Part shown: in pieces, positions 63,301 through 64,000 of the stretch
How positions within the stretch are numbered: position 1 is the first letter of the stretch
How the letters are laid out: each line of letters begins with the position of its first letter
DNA from: Candidatus Nanopelagicales bacterium
GTDB taxonomy: Bacteria > Actinomycetota > Actinomycetes > S36-B12 > GCA-2699445
Reading direction: 5' to 3'
NCBI GenBank assembly: GCA_046330625.1
Contig: JAXLSJ010000007.1
Span: 50,362-114,361 of the forward strand
DNA: 64,000 nt
The notes under the pieces: generated by a model
What the model saw: only the letters and a program-made list of their open reading frames with translations
The model's database searches: none
Told to the model about the DNA's origin: nothing
Translations under genes and position numbers: made by a program

Positions 63301-63646
63301 CCTGGTGATCGTGGCCGAACGGATCCGCTCGGTGTTGCGCACCGACGACATCGTCGCCCGCATCGGTGGTGATGAATTCGTGGCGCTACTGCCGTCGGTG
63401 CGCGATCCCGACGATGCTCGGGCGGTCGCGGAGAAACTCCGCGCCGCCGTGGGGCGGGACCTGCCGGACCCCACCTGGCAACGAGTCACCCTCAGTATCG
63501 GGGTGGCCCTGGATACGGGTGACTCCTCGCCTGAGGATCTCCTCGAGCGCGCCGATCTCGCGCTCTACCGGGCCAAACACACGGGGCGGGACCGCGCAGT
63601 GCTCTACGACGAATCGATGGTCGTCCCCAGCGACGGTGACGCGTGA
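60392..63646 (+). pseudogene. multi-PAS diguanylate cyclase (GGDEF), reading frame broken twice
   Basis: Five or six PAS-like modules (recurring HPDD...TKRYL.ADGS...V.QIVDIT) continue across track ORFs 60356..61441, 61177..63270 and 62606..63646, ending in RIGGDEFVALL. Frame switches near 61403..61410 and 62602..62611. Confidence 0.7.
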
Positions 63647-64000
63647 CGGGACCGGCCGACCGGGAGACCTCGGCACGGATCACGCGGGAAGACTTCGAGA
63701 ACACCCTGGGCGGGCTCCCGCAGGGTGTCGTCGTGCGCGGACCCGACGTCGCGGTCCGGTACGCCAATCCCGCGGCACGGGAGATCCTGGGCATCAGCGC
63801 CGATCACGAGATCGACCCCGCCGAGGTCGCGAGTTGGCGCATCGTCGACGAGTCCGGTGCGCCGGTCGACATGCCCGTCCAACGGGTGGCCGCCGAGGGA
63901 CTCAGCTGGCACGGACTGCTGTTCCGGATCGAACGGCCGGGGCATCCGGCCCTGTGGCTGCAATCCGACGCCCAGCCCTTTGCCTTCTCCGATGGGACGG
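63643..64000 (+). CDS. PAS-domain sensor protein, N-terminal fragment (open to window end)
   Basis: GTGA overlap with the preceding stop. Hand translation VTGPADRETSARITREDFENTLGGLPQGVVVRGPDVAVRYANPAAREILGIS... has no stop up to position 64000. Confidence 0.5.
   Translation, partial: MTGPADRETSARITREDFENTLGGLPQGVVVRGPDVAVRYANPAAREILGISADHEIDPAEVASWRIVDESGAPVDMPVQRVAAEGLSWHGLLFRIERPGHPALWLQSDAQPFAFSDGT

Overview
High-GC actinobacterial chromosomal segment; the GC level is judged by eye and no taxon can be assigned from this window. The backbone is a branched-chain amino-acid supercluster (cimA, ilvE, leuB, leuA, serA, ilvC-ilvN-ilvB, ilvD). It also carries gltX, tRNA-Gln/tRNA-Glu, asd, cobU-cobT-cobS, a pspA-pspAA module and three DNA-alkylation repair genes. 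Accessory blocks sit between these core genes.

Main hunt result: two paralogous short ORFs, both hidden from normal gene calling. One is below the 60-aa cutoff of the ORF track; the other is buried inside a longer shadow ORF. Each lies immediately upstream of an asparagine-synthetase-like (lasso-cyclase-like, SGGLDS PP-loop) gene. Both peptides carry the same W-V-x-P-x-L-V-A-L leader motif, which resembles the YxxPxL lasso leader. No RRE (B1) or leader peptidase (B2) gene is visible anywhere in the window. One locus (23606..20380, minus strand) continues into a DUF2249 protein and a radical SAM/SPASM enzyme. The other (12746..14703) has an in-frame TGA in the cyclase-like gene.

Other notable items:
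- A cobalamin riboswitch drives three translationally coupled exported proteins with no transporter genes.
- A tandem duplication covers a BNR/Asp-box propeller gene together with its upstream region.
- Candidate short leader-peptide attenuators sit in front of leuA, ilvB and cimA.
- An MMPL transporter has an extra C-terminal 6-TM module and is coupled to a heptad-repeat surface protein.
- Three frameshifts and one nonsense codon are present, and all four fall in accessory genes.

Many long Arg/Pro/Gly-rich ORFs in the track are antisense or off-frame shadows typical of high-GC DNA and were rejected.
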